DNA of 21,725 nt from a virus (Duplodnaviria; Heunggongvirae; Uroviricota; Caudoviricetes), in IMG/VR virus record IMGVR_UViG_3300035156_000038, positions 1 to 21,725 of that record. One strand, written 5' to 3'. Under the pieces are notes generated by a model. The model was not told the origin of the DNA, searched no databases, and saw only the letters and a program-made list of their open reading frames with translations. The position numbers and the translations under genes are program-made. Below are positions 20,231-21,725 of the stretch, piece after piece. Every line of letters begins with the position of its first letter. Position 1 is the stretch's first letter.

Positions 20231-21725
20231 ATGGCAGCTAGAAAGCCTAAACAAGAAGGCGCAGGCTTGCAATCGGACTCTGGTGCAGTAATTCCACGCG
20301 TCAGCCTTGGCGAGTCGGGGTTTATCGGCCTTCGTACTTCGAACGGTCAAATTCTGGAAGAAGCAAACAGGGCGTTTCGATTCCCGGCCTTCCTGAAGAC
20401 AGTAAATGAAATGCGCAACGATCCAACGATTGCAGCCGCACTAAACGTTTACCGTATGATGATTAACCGCGTTGACTGGAAGGTAGAGCCGCCAGTGGAT
20501 GCAACTGAAACAGAAAAGCAACGAGCAGACTTTGTAGCTTCCTGCATGGGAGATATGGAAGGAACTTGGGGCCAGTTCATTTCGGAGACAGTGACGTATA
20601 TCGAATACGGCTTCTCCGTGCAAGAAAAAGTTTATCGCCGTCGCCTTACTCGCAACGGTAGCAAGTTTAATGATGGGCTGGTTGGCCTTCGCAAGATCGC
20701 TACACGATCACAAGATACTATTCGCCACTGGAATTTCAGTGAAGACGGACGTGACCTTGTAAGCATCGGCCAAAGCCTAGTCAACCTTGAGAACGGATCA
20801 CGGTACATCGCTAACACGTCTGCTAAAGACGGCGTTATCACTATCCCCCGTTCCAAGTTTATGCTTTTCAGCGTTGATAGCGTGAAAGGCAACCCGGAAG
20901 GTAAATCGCTGCTTAAGAATGTGTACCTGCCTTACAAGCAGCTTACCATGCTAAAAGATCAGCTACTTCTAGGTGTCGCAAAAGATATGGCCGCTGTGCC
21001 TATCGTGTATCTGCCACCTGACCTGATGGACGCTAACGCCCCACCAGAGAAGAAAGCAGCCTACCAAGCTTATCAACGTCTTGTAGACAACGTTGCCGCT
21101 GGTACTCAGAAGGGGATGATTCTCCCGATGATGTACGACGAACAGGGCAAGCCGATGTTTGAATTCAAGCTTATGGAAGCTAAGGCTAACAGCAAGTTTG
21201 ACATCCCCGGAATCATCGAACAGCTTCAGCAAGACATTTTCGTTGCCCTGAACTGTGACGTAATCAAGACCAGCGGCGAAGGTAACTTCGCGGTAGGCGA
21301 GTCTAAGACTAACCTGCTAGCACTGGCTATTGAACACCGTCTTAACGAGATTCGGGACGTGCTGAATAACGATCTTATCCCGCAATTGTACGCCTTGAAC
21401 GGTTGGAGTCTAGACAGGCTTCCTACCTTTGAATACGGTGACATTCTGGATATTGATTCGGAAGCGTTCTCTAAGTTCGTACAGCGCGTGGGTGCAGTCG
21501 GCATGATGGAAATTGATCGCCAGTGGTTGAATAAGATTCGTGAAGTTGGCGGTATTGAGCCGCTTCCGCCTGATGCCCCAGTAGACAAGGAAAACTTGAC
21601 TGGTGCACCGCCAGCAGGAGCCGGGGCCGGAATGGCACCGGGAACAACTGGTGAAGGTACTGCCAAGGTTGGCGGTAAGTCTAAGAAAACCGATAAGTCG
21701 GCAGGCAACTCCGATAACGCTGCAT
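20231..21725 (+). CDS. portal protein, 3'-truncated by the window edge
   Basis: AAGGAG RBS, ATG 20231, frame open to the window end: MAARKPKQ...EMRNDPTIAAALN...EYGFSVQEKVYRRR...GNPEGKSLLKNVY...NNDLIPQLYALNGW. Directly follows terL; DUF935-like portal pattern. Confidence 0.88.
   Translation, partial: MAARKPKQEGAGLQSDSGAVIPRVSLGESGFIGLRTSNGQILEEANRAFRFPAFLKTVNEMRNDPTIAAALNVYRMMINRVDWKVEPPVDATETEKQRADFVASCMGDMEGTWGQFISETVTYIEYGFSVQEKVYRRRLTRNGSKFNDGLVGLRKIATRSQDTIRHWNFSEDGRDLVSIGQSLVNLENGSRYIANTSAKDGVITIPRSKFMLFSVDSVKGNPEGKSLLKNVYLPYKQLTMLKDQLLLGVAKDMAAVPIVYLPPDLMDANAPPEKKAAYQAYQRLVDNVAAGTQKGMILPMMYDEQGKPMFEFKLMEAKANSKFDIPGIIEQLQQDIFVALNCDVIKTSGEGNFAVGESKTNLLALAIEHRLNEIRDVLNNDLIPQLYALNGWSLDRLPTFEYGDILDIDSEAFSKFVQRVGAVGMMEIDRQWLNKIREVGGIEPLPPDAPVDKENLTGAPPAGAGAGMAPGTTGEGTAKVGGKSKKTDKSAGNSDNAA

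Noticed and set aside
20441-21708. Track ORFs at 20441-20623, 20632-20892, 20969-21232 and 21226-21708
   Set aside because: Alternative-frame or antisense shadows of the portal gene, which the track missed because it has no stop codon in the window.

Overview
The window is part of a tailed dsDNA bacteriophage genome with a lytic-type organisation and no integrase or repressor in view. From left to right it contains: (i) four small rightward genes ending at a terminator; (ii) a ~1.1 kb gene-free block between convergent terminators, with CTACATAG repeats and two Fur-box-like sites; (iii) a leftward early region with several sigma70 promoters and small hypothetical genes, plus a ferritin-like protein, an HD-domain (p)ppGpp-hydrolase-like protein and a serine recombinase; (iv) an AT-rich divergent promoter region with palindromes; (v) a rightward region with a possible small terminase and 23 CCA-encoding tRNA genes covering all 20 amino acids, interrupted by an HNH endonuclease, a PD-(D/E)XK endonuclease, a Ro60/TROVE gene flanked by four Y-RNA-like genes, several unassigned structured spacers and a five-gene virion-accessory module; (vi) the large terminase and a portal gene that runs off the window. 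The most striking system is the Ro60 plus four-Y-RNA cassette inside the tRNA array. At least one of its RNAs displays an exact tRNA-Lys(UUU) anticodon loop. All RNA structures were folded by eye and all protein families were recognised from motifs; no database search was run.
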